NCBI RefSeq assembly: GCF_009834535.1
Contig: NC_045707.1
Span: 60,080,001-60,144,000 of the forward strand
Origin: Camelus ferus
Taxonomy: Eukaryota
Direction: 5' to 3'
Length of the DNA: 64,000 nt
The translations under genes and the position numbers were made by a program. Of the stretch, positions 40,829 to 52,479 are shown piece by piece. The notes below the pieces were generated by a model. The model searched no databases and had not been told where the DNA came from. It saw nothing but the letters and a program-made list of their open reading frames with translations. Within the stretch, counting starts at the first letter, position 1, and each line of letters starts with the position of its first letter.

Positions 40829-41650
40829 CAGGTCCACCACGATCCCTAAGTACAATCTGTAATCCAAAAAGCTCTGAAAATCCAAATGCTTCTCACTACT
40901 GGACCTGAAGTCAAATAAGGTTACAGTCTTCACCCCACTGCATTAGTTTTCTGTCACTGCCATAGTTAATTACCACAAATGTAGTGGCTTAAGACACAAA
41001 CTGATAGGGTGTTCAGAAGTCTGACAGGGGTCTCATGGAGCTAAAATCACGGAGTCAGCAGGGTGGCGTTCCTTTCTGGAGTCAGGCTCTAGGTGACTGT
41101 TTCCTGGCCTTTTCCAGCTCCTGAAGGCCACCTGCATTTCTCCAACCCTGGGTGTCTCTTCCTCCATTGACAAAGGCAGCCAGAAAGCATCTCTCTGACC
41201 CTGCCTCCATCACCACAGCACCTCCTCCTACCACAGCTGGGGAAGGTTCTCTAATTTCAAGGACCCTTGTGATTACATTGGACCCAGCCAGACACTCCAG
41301 GATCAGATCCTCATCTCAAAGTCCTTAAAGTTTAGTCACAAAGGCAAAGCCCCTTTTTGCCACAAAAGGTGACATATTCACAGGGTCTAGGGATTGGAAC
41401 ATGGACCTTTTAGGAAGGGGGCATTATTCTGTTTACTACTCCCACTAATTCCAAATATTCATGGATTTTCTTACAGAAATAGTCATGTGTTTGACCAAGA
41501 GAAGCTGCCCCAGGCCACAATGGAATTGTTACATGACACCACACACACACACACATATATATACACTCTGTTGTCTTCCCAAACTATGAAAATGTCCAAA
41601 TGCTGAAATATATCTTATCCCAAGGGCTTCAGATAAGCGATCGCGACCTG
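40829..41650 (-). mobile_element. MER46C-like Tigger MITE, split by an LTR
   Basis: TIRs caggtccac... and ...gcgacctg; internal aatccaaaaagctctgaaaa and cccaagggcttcagataag. Confidence 0.8.
40939..41440 (-). mobile_element. MaLR solo LTR (MLT1C/E-like)
   Basis: tgcattagtttt...aattaccacaaatgtagtggctta...ggggcattattctgtttactac; exact 5-bp TSD CCCAC at 40934-40938 and 41441-41445. Confidence 0.9.
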
Positions 41651-44334
41651 TACCATGATTTATCTGTACTGTTGGCTCTCTTCCTCCTCACCAGGGGCAC
41701 CTCTGTCCACCCTGTCAAAGAAGCAACTGCTCTTCTAATAGGTCAGATCCAAAAACAGTGACTGGACTTGAATTATTAGTGAGCAGGGTCATTATGCTTT
41801 AAAGATCACAAAGCCAATGTCTCTTTCCTCTCTCTACTTTCCGGCTATATATGGCTGTTGAGTTGAAATTAGGACCCCTCTTGGGACATGACCATTTCTT
41901 TCTCTTTTTGACTTCCTTCCTAAACTATGGCTACACCAGAGCATATAAAGACTAAATATATGTATATTTGGACTCAAGCCTAGAGTATGTGCTGCAAACC
42001 ATCTTTTTCCAAAGAGCCCTGCATCAAGGGTAACTGGCACCATCTCAAGCTATTAATAAAGTGGTATCCTGATTACCATTTGGCTGCTGTTGGTGCATTT
42101 ATCTTCCCTGGGGCCCCTGCACAGGCACAAAGGTAATTGGCAAAACAGATTCAGGTATTTCTGGGATTCTGACATACTACTATCTAAACCCCGATTATTA
42201 AAACAAACAGTTCTTAAAATATACAATTAGCAAGCACAAATATCAGGAAGTTTACTTCAAAGTTCGTAAGATGCACATACATTCTGGCAGGGAAAAATAT
42301 ATATCTACTTCTGAAGTATGATACAGACATTTGCCCTGTAGGGAATAGGCTGAACCGACATTATTAGTTAGTTAGCTGAAAAGGAAAAAGCTATAGGTAA
42401 TGGCATCATTCCTAATGCAACTTCCTGTGACATTATTGAGAGTTTATCTGCTGTCGGCAGAAAAGCCTTTGTGGTTACTGAGGCCATATATAGGAGACCT
42501 TCAAAAGAGCATTAGCATTCATTAACAGTGTAGAACTCAGGGTAAGTCTCAATTATGGTAACATAATTCAACTGGATCTCATGTTGAGTGCAGCCTAACC
42601 ATAATAAATTGTAAAGTCTAGCTATAAATAAGCAGCTAAACATTCAGAAAATTTTTTTTAAAAAAGACAATCTTTAAAGTTAAGCACATTCTAACTTCCT
42701 CTAGGGCAAGGACCTTGTCTTATTTATTTCTGTCCTGTTACCCTCATCACAGTATAGAAGGCAATTAATACACATCTATAAGCTTTTTGTAAAAAATCAT
42801 GTTTATTTCATGGAGCAAATTAAAACAAGGCCAAATGTGCAAAGCACATAAAACAAGCACATGAGATGAGACACATTATCCACCAAAACCAAGAGCCTGC
42901 TTAGCAAGACATCTACAAAAACACTCCCAGACTCAACACACATCTGCCTGGTATCCTTTCTGCCAGTAACTAGGATAGCTTAATTTCCACATATTTCACG
43001 AAGAACAGAAAAATCAGATGTGTTGTTTCTCCCCTCAATTCTAAAGGTAGTTCCTATTGCACACTGTGCTCAAATGTAAAAATATCAAGAAGAACTAGTG
43101 ACTTCATTAACTTTCTCCTGAGGCTAGTGATGCAACTCATTTGTGATGTCCCCAAAACTAATTTCTGAGCGTCTGCTTATCGGTTTTCCTATATCCTCCC
43201 AGGTGGTGTTTGTTCAAATAGCAAATGTACATGGCCAAAGATCAAAAAAAAAAATCAATTTCAATTCCCAGAGAGCATAATCCTGGTACAGGTCAGTGAA
43301 CACCTTCACTGTTTTATACCAAGATAACCTTGGACCTGAAAAAATTCTCAGGGGAAAGTATCCTGCTGGTAATCCTACCTAACAAATATAATAGCTAAAG
43401 TACTAAAACCTTATGCTCCAAACTATATGACTGATGGCCCATTCATGAAAATAATCTAATATTCACACCATTCTAAAGGCTCAAAAACCTTACATCTTAA
43501 TATTCTCCAAGGTTCCTAGCAACTACTTAATGTGTCTTAAGGATTTGGCGACCTTTCAAATTTTTATGGGGTGGTCATTTATGTCAGTAAAATGAAGTAG
43601 ATTTCTATTCTGTCTACAATATTCAATTTTTAGATTCCCTTAAACTTGTCCTATAGCAATGAAAAAAAAAAAAAAAGATTGATACATACAATCCAGAACC
43701 ACACTTAAGAAGGGAAGCCTAGCAATATACACAGAGGATGGAAGTGCAAACTCACGAAGAACGGACACATCAGGCAACATTACCAGGACCTCATTTGGAG
43801 CTTATTTTATTTGGGGCACTTCCATCTCACCTAATTCAGAGGTAACAGAAGAACAGCTTCTATGGTCACGAAAGCCAAAGTCATAGAAGCCTTTCCGTGT
43901 CTTTGGGAGCAGGGGAGCTCTTTCAGGGAAAACTTGAAAGTAAACTATGGTACTACCTCAAAGCTTGCCCAAGTATCAGCTAAAGCATGCCCCAGTCCTC
44001 CACCTCCAACCCCTGCTTTCTTCCAAAATTCCAAAACAGCTGAATTTTTAAACAAGTACGTTGCCAAACAAAAGTGCTGGGATGAAGTTCCAGGTTAGCA
44101 ACCAATGAAAGAAGAAACATCTTGCCTTCTGCCCTCACTGAATGATGGATAGTGTCCAAAAAGATTCATTCTGAGGAGTTCAAAGTTTAAGAGAAGGCTA
44201 GGATGCTAGTAATTCATGGTGGTAAATGCAGATTTAAATAGCATTCTGTCCACCAGAACTCTGTTAACTGGCGCTTCTACCCATCTCAAAAACAATGACA
44301 ACTAGTTATTTATAATAACAACCCTGAAGCAGTT

Positions 44335-44862
44335 TAAGGTTTTTGGAGCGCTGCAGCATAACAAATTACTCCAAAATTGAGCCATTTCAAACATCTCATA
44401 ACTCATGTAATTCCTGTGGGTTATGAATTCAGAAGCAGCTTAGCTAGATGGTTCTGGCTTGTGGTCTCTCAAAAGGATACTGTCAGTGTTTTACCAAAGA
44501 CTGCAGTCATTTGAAGACTTTACCAGGGCTAAAGGACCTCTTCCAAGGTGGCTCCTTCATGTGACTGGTCAGCTGGTGCTGGCTGTCAGCAGAAGGCCTC
44601 CCTTCCTCGCCACGTGAATCTCTATGGACTGTGTGTCCTCACAACATGGCGGCTGGCTTCTCCCAGAGTTGAGTCATCCAAAAGAGCAAGGCAAAAGTGG
44701 CAGCGTCTTTTATGACATAGCCTCACAAGTCATCCACCATCCCATCCGCCATATTCCATTCATCACACAGAACCACTCTTTTAAAATGTGAGAGGGGAAT
44801 TCACAAGGGAATAAATAGCAAAAGGCAAGGATCACTGGGGACCATCTTGGAGGCTGGCTTGT
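44335..44862 (-). mobile_element. MaLR solo LTR (MLT1F-like)
   Basis: cataacaaattactccaaaatt...acaacatggcggctggcttc...ggatcactggggaccatcttggaggctggc. Confidence 0.88.
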
Positions 44863-45492
44863 ATGATCTTGAAATAGGCTTCCAAATGAAGAGAAAGATA
44901 ATGCTCAATATGTTTTAGAACCGTTTATGATCACCCAGTTTCATAAAAATTACTCTTAAATAGGATACTATGTATCATTCAGGCTACTGGATGACATCTT
45001 TGAGAGAGACATTTAATAAATGTCTGTTGAACCAAACTAATCCCAGTTTTTAACCCTGACATTGCATTTGCTCAGTTCCAACACATTTCTCATGTATCAT
45101 CTTGTATATTATTTTATTGACTTGCCATTAAATGCTCACTCTTATAACTTACTAACTATAATTTAAGTATCAATTTCATTAAAGGTAGTATCAATATTAT
45201 TTAAAAAGCAGATATTCTAGATCCTCAAAACCAGAGTGAATCAGAATTTCCATGGTCGAAGAACCACAGAATCAGGAAGGATCTTAAAGAAGTTACTTAA
45301 TTTGTTGCAGTTGAATGATGGGTCCTCGGGAATCCATAATACCTCCTTTTCCCCTTTTGCTTTTAAAATTTTTCATTATGAAAAGTTTTCAGTAAAGAGG
45401 TATACTAATCCAGTACATTCATTTTGCAGATGAGAACATCCCCTCAATATGTAAAGAAATTCACCTATTCAATGCAGCTCTTAATATTGGAA

Positions 45493-45518
45493 CACACACA
45501 CACACACACACACACACA
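45493..45518. repeat. (CA)13 microsatellite
   Basis: Counted directly. Confidence 0.95.
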
Positions 45519-46099
45519 AAACCAAGAATGAAGCATCACCTCTTTAAACAAATGACATTTTCTCATCAATGAGACTTCAAGTGATGTCATACAAAAATAT
45601 TATTCAGCAACCTTCTTAAGCAAAAGCTTGCAGCTTTAGGATTACATTAGGGTAACAATAGGCAGTTGTAGCTTGTGAGTAAACAGCACTATAATACTAA
45701 AGCTAGAAGTCTTATGTTTATCAGTTTTTTAAGCTGATGCGTTCTATTACTACCGTAGCTAATCCGGATTTCGAGTTTCAATTCTTGAGTTAAAAAAAAT
45801 CCATGGATCATCTTGATAGTGTCTATAAAAAGGTTAAAATAAGCTTTTCTGGAAACTGGAAGAATGGACCCTCTCCAAATAAATGTATTCTTATCATCCA
45901 AGCTCCTGGTCACCATTTGCAGCTGGGCCTGTAGGGAAAGGCTAAGGTGAGGACTCTGGAGGCGGAGGAGGAGGGGATGGCCCAAGTCCCACGTGAGCTA
46001 GTATTAGGATTCCCAGTCAGACTGGGAGCAAAAGTCTAAACAGAAAAATAACGGTGGCCTCCTGATACCTCGGCTGTTGTTGAAATGTAACAGCAATAA

Positions 46100-46340
46100 C
46101 AATAGTAGTGAATATGTGATGAATATTTGCTACATGTCAGGAGCACTCCTAAGTATTATATTAATATACTCTTTCAACCTTCACAAAAATCCTTCTCAAC
46201 AACTGATGTACAGATGAGGAAACTAAGACTCAGATAAAGAAAATCACCAACGATCACCTATACAGTTAAGTACCAGGGTTGGGATTCAAACTCAAGCAGT
46301 CTACTCCAGAAGCTGCATCTTTTAAGTGTTGTGTAACTGC
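46100..46340 (-). mobile_element. MIR SINE
   Basis: tacagatgaggaaactaagactcaga...gggattcaaactcaagcagtctactccaga. Confidence 0.88.
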
Positions 46341-49300
46341 CTTCAAGTGGACCAATGCGATCACACAGCCTCGTGTTTGATCTCATCTCGATGTGGCAGC
46401 ATAAGATGATGCTCCATATGCTATGCCTACAAACCTACCAAATGCCACCAAGTAAGGCGGGGGACTTATGCTACTTCCCAGCAGAGAAAACAAAGCTGGA
46501 TGTGAAATCCACGGTTCTCCATGTAAGTGGACTGTATATAAATACATACAAAGCAAGATGAAAGAAATAGAAACGCTTTTTCCAGATCTTCTTGACTATA
46601 CCTGAACTGTTACAAATCACTTCTTGTCAAAAATGCTGACTTTCCAGTCTGTTCCCTGGAAAACTTTAGCCCTGTGTCACCAGTTATGTTTCCAGACCTT
46701 GGAATCTCTAGGTCCCCATTATCTCAAGTATTTACCCAAACAAGCACAACCAGCAACTGTCCCAGCTGCTACGGCTCTCAGGAAAATGTTGCAGATTAAC
46801 AAAAAGTATGATTGTACAAACACTGTATAATCTAATGACATAACAAGCAGCTTTTAAATCCTTACAGGGACCAGGCTTATTTTAAAACAACTTTATAATG
46901 TTTAGAGAAAATAAGAGGATGGTAAACCGATATAATTCAAGACTTGGAGCTTAAAAAAAAAAAAAGTTACATAACCAACTTGAATGATGCACTGAATTCA
47001 GAATCTATGCTACTACAGTGCTTGTCCTGAGACTTCATCTGGGGCAGAGGAGGAGGATGACCTATGAAAACATCAGCACCAGAGTCTCATCTCAGATATT
47101 ACTGTTGACAGTCAGACTTGGGAGGAAAAATGAAGTCTGAGCAGAAAGATAACTCTGGGGATTTTTCCTACCCCAAGGTCCACTTAACCTTATAGAGAAT
47201 TACTTTTCCTTACAAAATAGGGGAGGGGTGGGGGAGATCTTGAATGGTTAAGGAAAAAAAAGGAAATTTATTCCTCACTTGCATTTGTGTAAGTAAAAGG
47301 GTGATACCTGCTGAGATTATTCGACTCTGCATATGTGATGTGATTAGTCACTGAGCACCCGTATTCACAGAATAGAGAGTAATATATTTGCCTTTTCCTC
47401 AGTGGAAGGAAATATTCAGCATCATTACCCACTGTGTCAATGGTACAAGGAAAGACTTCCTTTCTCTATTCGGAAATCTTGTCTGTTACCTCTGAATGTG
47501 TGTATGTGTCTTTTAGCATCCACCACTGCTACGTACGTACACGTGTGTGTGGCTGTGATTAGGTCAAATTCACCACATTTGAAAACAGAGAAACTGGAAA
47601 AAGATTACTATGCCCATTTTGTTTCTAGAGAAAACAAAGCTAAGTGACATCTGTGAGCAAGGAGGCCACCACCAGAATAACTCTGTGACAGTGAGAAGAA
47701 TACAACCTTAGCCCCTGGCTCCTACTTCCCTCCACACTTCCCTGACTCCCAACATTTCTAAAGTTGACACAGCCTCTCAGGTTTGATTTGCTGTAGCTGG
47801 GATAATTAGGGTGAAAATATCACAGAAAGTCACATGCACATACACACTTCTTTATACATCTTCCCAATAAAAAAAAAAGTAACACGTGTCTTCTGAGAAT
47901 TTTATCCTTAGCTAAATGAAGAGCTAAGGGGAATTGCAAAGCTAGGTCTGGGAATCATTCCTCTGACTAAAGTCAAAAACCTTAACCCCAAGTCCATACA
48001 AAGGAGGCAACACGCTTTTCCTATCATGCTCCTGAATGATCACCAAGTGTGGATATGTGTCCACACTTCAGCTTGCACACAGGACAACTGCTTCCTGTTG
48101 CCACGGGTTACACAGATGAGTCACTTGGAGCCCTAGAGACAACTTGAGAGATGTCTTGTCTTATAGCAATGTCAGAATTAACAAAATATATTCCTGGTAA
48201 TTATCAGTGCTCAAAAACAGTCTATTAAAACATCAGATCAAAAACAGCTGTTGATCCCTCGGCATGAAAATGGGGACTCGAGGTAAGTCAATGTGAGAGA
48301 TTCTTGTTCCTACTATAAGACAGATAGCTCATCATTCCCAACCTTTCATTAAATGATCCACATAGAGGTGCAATCACAAGGGGGAGAAAACAGTTTCAGG
48401 ATCAATGCAGTATAAGTAAGAGTAATTTATGTCTTGTCATCCATAGAACTTTTGACCTCAAATCACTCAAGGCTCAATCGGAACAGGCTTTATGTTAAAT
48501 CTTTCACATACACACACTCAAAGGAGCAGTCATGGCCAAGCATTAAACATCCAGGAGGACATGTCATGTCTTAAACCAAGAATAAAAAAAAAAAAATTTT
48601 ATTGCATCTACAATTACTTGTGAATTCAAGTTCCATGCAGCCTCCCAGGAGCACCTTGTTAACATGCCAAGAGCAAGCCACCCAACCAGGGAACACCAAA
48701 ACTCAGAAGTCAGGTGCAAACAATAACGTAGGGCCATTTCTACTTAGTGCCGTTCACTAAGAGGGGGAAGAAAATGTTGGAGGAAAAGCATGCTTTTTGG
48801 ATTTCACTGGCAAGGGAATTTTAAGTCTTTTGCAAATATTCATTTGAACTGGATAAATATGACCTCCAGTAAGAAAAGTATTAGATGTAGAATGAAAAAG
48901 AGGAAAATACATTTAAAATCTACAGCTTCTTAATTGGCTAAAAACAAAGACAACAGTGTGGAGTGGCAAGGCAGTGTTTATCGTTTCTTGGTTTGGGTGT
49001 AGTTTCCGTGATTATCAGCAGTTTTCTTCATTCTGATCCATTCTCTGCTCCAGGATCCTTTACTCTCCAGTAACAGTTGAATTTAAAAACAAATGTGCAG
49101 ACAAAGAAAAGGAGGCAAGGGGACCTCTCTAAAACCTTTTTCTATATAAACTATGTACACATCTGAAACAGCGTGGAGGAAAATTATTGATTAGTGTTGT
49201 TTTCACCCATGAAATATTTTGACCTCAAGAAAACTTAAAAGCACAACAACTAGATCTTTTGAGAAACAAACAAAAATAATCCATATAAATCTTATTTCTG

Positions 49301-50947
49301 GTTAAACTGAAGTCATCCTCTTTCTTCCCTTTGTTTACAAATGATAGAGACATCTTACGTACGTCCCAAAGAAAAATAAAACCAGAGTGAGAAGTAACCT
49401 CAATATAAACAAGGCTGAATGGGTTCTATACTATAGAGGCTCCGTTCTTAAGTAAGTTTTCACTTAAACCTACCTCATATGGTTATACACACACTAAGAA
49501 CCAAAAGCACAAGTCTGGTTTTATTGTATTTTTGTGTCTTCAGTACTAAAGTCTGAATCTAGTTTTGGATTTTACACAAGAGTTACTATGCCTTTTCTAT
49601 TCTTTGACAGGTCTGAATGCCCTGCACCCCCCTCCCCTTGGTTCTTTTTGCCAGCCTGGACTTTGGGAAGCAAGTCTCTGAACCTTAATTATCATCTACT
49701 CATTCCAGTGACTAAGAAGTGCAAAACTGATTAAAGAGGAGATAATTAAGGTAATAGAAGTTGCATGTTCCTCATCAACTGGGAGAAAACACACACACAC
49801 CTGTCTCCCAAGTCCCCTAAAATGAAATACCAAAGAGGGGAAAGGGAGTATCAATAATTTAAGAGGGAAGTTTCTCTAGAACAAGACCAGATTTTTTTTT
49901 TAAGATAGATTTCTTTATACTCATGGCTTCTGTGGATTTAAAACATATGCAGCCCTTACAATACATGTCATGCTGGGAGCAGGAAGCAAGCTGCAGAACT
50001 CTGATTCTGACATACAGGCGCCCAGCTTAGAATGCATTTCTGCAGAATCAAGGGAGATCAATAGACTCAAGGAACAAATATGTTGATGGATGAGGGCGAG
50101 TCTGAAAACGACCAGGTTGAGGTGGCCACGCTGCAGGTTTCACTGCTCTTCCCATGTTGGCAGAACGAAAGGCGGGTTACAAACGATCCCCCCTTTCTTT
50201 TAAGAGGGAAAGGGGAAAAAAGGAAACGAGGGGAGGAAAAAGAGGTAAGGGAAGGAAGAGAACGGAGCTAGTGATGAGGAAAGGAAGAAAGAAATGAGAA
50301 AAGGGAAAGAGAGAAACCCGGAGAGGGGCGGGGGAGTAGGAAGGAAAGCTATGATGTATGGACGCCTCGCCAGCTACCCAGCCGAGCGCTCCATCACCCC
50401 CAAGCCTGCGTCCCTCACTCGCTCGTCTGGAGACGTGGGGCTCCCGGGCTCCGCCGCCCTGGTCTGGCAGCCAGCCCTCCCCGCGATCCCAGGTTGATGC
50501 ACACCACGCCGAGATGCCCAAAGTAGCCCACGGTAGCCCAGCCACCCGAGCCCGCCACTCCCTGGACCGCGCTCGCCACCACCCTCGCCCCGACTTCGCC
50601 CCGCGCCCCCATCCCTAGTCTCAGGGAAAAAGCCAAGGAGAGCGCAGAAATGGGAAGTATCAAGGGGGGGGGGGGCACCAAATACAGATACAGGCTTTTT
50701 TTTTTCTTAATAATGTCCTGGGGGAGCAGCAGGGGAGGAGACCCGTGGCAGGCACCTGGGAAGGAACACGCTGTTGCAAATACCCAGGGCTGCGTTGGGC
50801 TGGGCGATTTTCCACAAAAGGAAGTTTGGAAGGAGCGCAGCGGTTTGCAATGGAAGAGAAGGAGATCCCAGCGTTACCTGACTGAGGTCAAGCCGGCGGG
50901 CCGAGGAAATCCTCAGGTTAGCGATACTGAGCCACTTGATCAGGTTA

Positions 50948-51004
50948 CTATGGAAATCGTTTTGAGGAGGAGGAGGGTGAAAAAAAGCCACCAGCCAGAC
51001 ACAT
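50948..51004 (-). CDS. Putative upstream ORF MCLAGGFFSPSSSSKRFP* (18 aa)
   Basis: Only AUG in exon 1; context acgAggATGt (A at -3); stop TAG at 50950-50948. Translation not demonstrated. Confidence 0.45.
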   Translation of the reverse strand: MCLAGGFFSPSSSSKRFP

Positions 51005-51129
51005 CCTCGTCACCCCCTGAAGGAAACTGCCGGGGCCGCCGAGCGCGGGGCGCGGGACCGGGCGCGGCGCCTCTCTCGGCCCGGTTCGCTCTTTCTTCCC
51101 TCCTCCGCCGGGCCGCGCCTCCCCGCCCC

Positions 51130-51132
<3 letters not shown>

Positions 51133-51168
<36 letters not shown>
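51133..51168 (-). repeat. Pure (CGG)12/(CCG)12 trinucleotide repeat in the 5' leader
   Basis: Counted directly: 12 uninterrupted CCG units on the + strand. Confidence 0.97.
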
Positions 51169-52479
51169 AGCAGCCCGCGGGCCGAGCGAGCCCTCCGCGG
51201 CGCGCAGCCGGGAGCGAGAGCGCGAGCGAGCGAGCTCGCAGCCGCCTGCCGGCCTCGGCGTCGGGCGGCGCTGTTTCCCAGCCGCGCAGCTGGAATTTAA
51301 AGAGACAGGCGCGCCGCGAGGTCAGGGGTCCCGGCCCGCGAGGAGAGCACGCAGGACGCCCACCGTCTCCGCCCCAGCCGGCCTTGCGAAAAAAGTTTCC
51401 CACGGGGACCACACGAGAAGATCCTGAAACCAGCCTCAGCCTCCTCTCCCGAAAACAGAACGCAGGCTGCAAGGAGAGAAAGAGGGATTTTTCTCTCTCC
51501 CTTGGAGACTGGGGGGAGATGATTTGTATGCTCAACAAGTCCTGCACCTATTTTCAGCGGCGCTCGTTTCTGTCCGTTTGCACCGAATTTCTTCATTGAC
51601 AGCACAGAGACAAATGGGGGTGCACTCGTTTTATGTCAGACTTCAAGCAGAGACGCATGGGTTTGGAGGGAAGGTGGTGGCGGGAAGAGATTGCTGTCAA
51701 ATACCTTGGAAATTAATGCTTTTCCCTCTTCCCTTCTCAGCCAACGAGCACCTCCTTTTCTCTTCCCTCCCAGCCCTGGAGAACAGGCTTGAAGGTATTT
51801 TCCAATCTCTAGTCCAGCCTCATCACCTTCCCGCCGACACCTTTCCTCTAGAGGTATGGATGCAAACCTGCTTCCATTGCTGAGAATAAGCAAGAATCTA
51901 GCAGAAAGAAGCATCTAGTCTGCTGGCCTTTTTCAATCCCTAACGGAAAACCAGTTTTCCGTGGGCAGTTCTCTCACTGCTGTTGCAAATAAGGCACAAA
52001 GATTTGTGCTGTTTCCAACATACAACCCAAACAGAATGTGTTGATAAATTCACATGGTTTAGTGGCAGCACGTATGTGCTTGGAGTACCAGAGAAACTAT
52101 AACCCAATCTATTTATTTTGCTATTCTAACCATCACCTTTCACTGCTTTATATAGTAAAGAGCCTTTGTGGTACCAGTTCAATCCAGATTTTCCCCAGGG
52201 GTGGAGGGAATAAAGGGACACCCTTTGTGATCTTAACTAGGTCAGACTGAGTCCACTGAGTCACTCTTGCAAAGAGCAGTAGACCTTCTGTAAATGGGGG
52301 ATGGCACTCTGTTGGGTTGGTAGAATGTATTCTCAGAAAGAATGAATCTACTATATCTAGATTATCCACACCTTGTGGGCAGGAGCCATGTATTTCTCCA
52401 TCGTAGGCCTTATATGTTTTTATGAGCCCAGCACAAAGAAAGGATGCCACATTCTAACTCAGGTGTCTTAAGTTTCTTC

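Larger units (their letters stand above)
289..50877 (-). other. Long first intron (~50.6 kb); may hide further alternative exons
   Basis: GT-AG bounded by the two exons above. Repeat-rich, with L1s mostly antisense to the inferred transcript. Confidence 0.55.
50878..51270 (-). other. First exon (GC-rich 5' leader) of an unidentified minus-strand gene; 5' end approximate
   Basis: Lies in a CpG island and ends in a strong donor, CAG|GTAACG (GT at 50877-50876). A TATA-like TTTAAA at 51301-51296 places the TSS near 51270 (inference). Confidence 0.8.
50330..51470. promoter_or_regulatory. CpG island promoter
   Basis: Abrupt rise in GC and CpG density against an AT-rich background, with GC boxes and a CCG repeat. 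Confidence 0.95.

Noticed and set aside
78..51270. Gene symbol assignment
   Set aside because: Only leader exons are present and I do not recognise them reliably; a BLAST search is needed.
50650..51300. 216-aa + strand ORF with poly-Pro
   Set aside because: Antisense read-through of the CpG island and CCG repeat; stop-poor GC-rich DNA; no recognisable domain.
50948..51547. 199-aa - strand ORF with poly-Ala as a full CDS
   Set aside because: Begins at a non-ATG codon upstream of the inferred TSS; only its AUG-initiated last 18 codons are kept, as a uORF.
51400..51860. Possible divergent (+ strand) lncRNA first exon ending at AG|GTATGG near 51850
   Set aside because: A donor-like motif alone is not enough; no supportable downstream exon.
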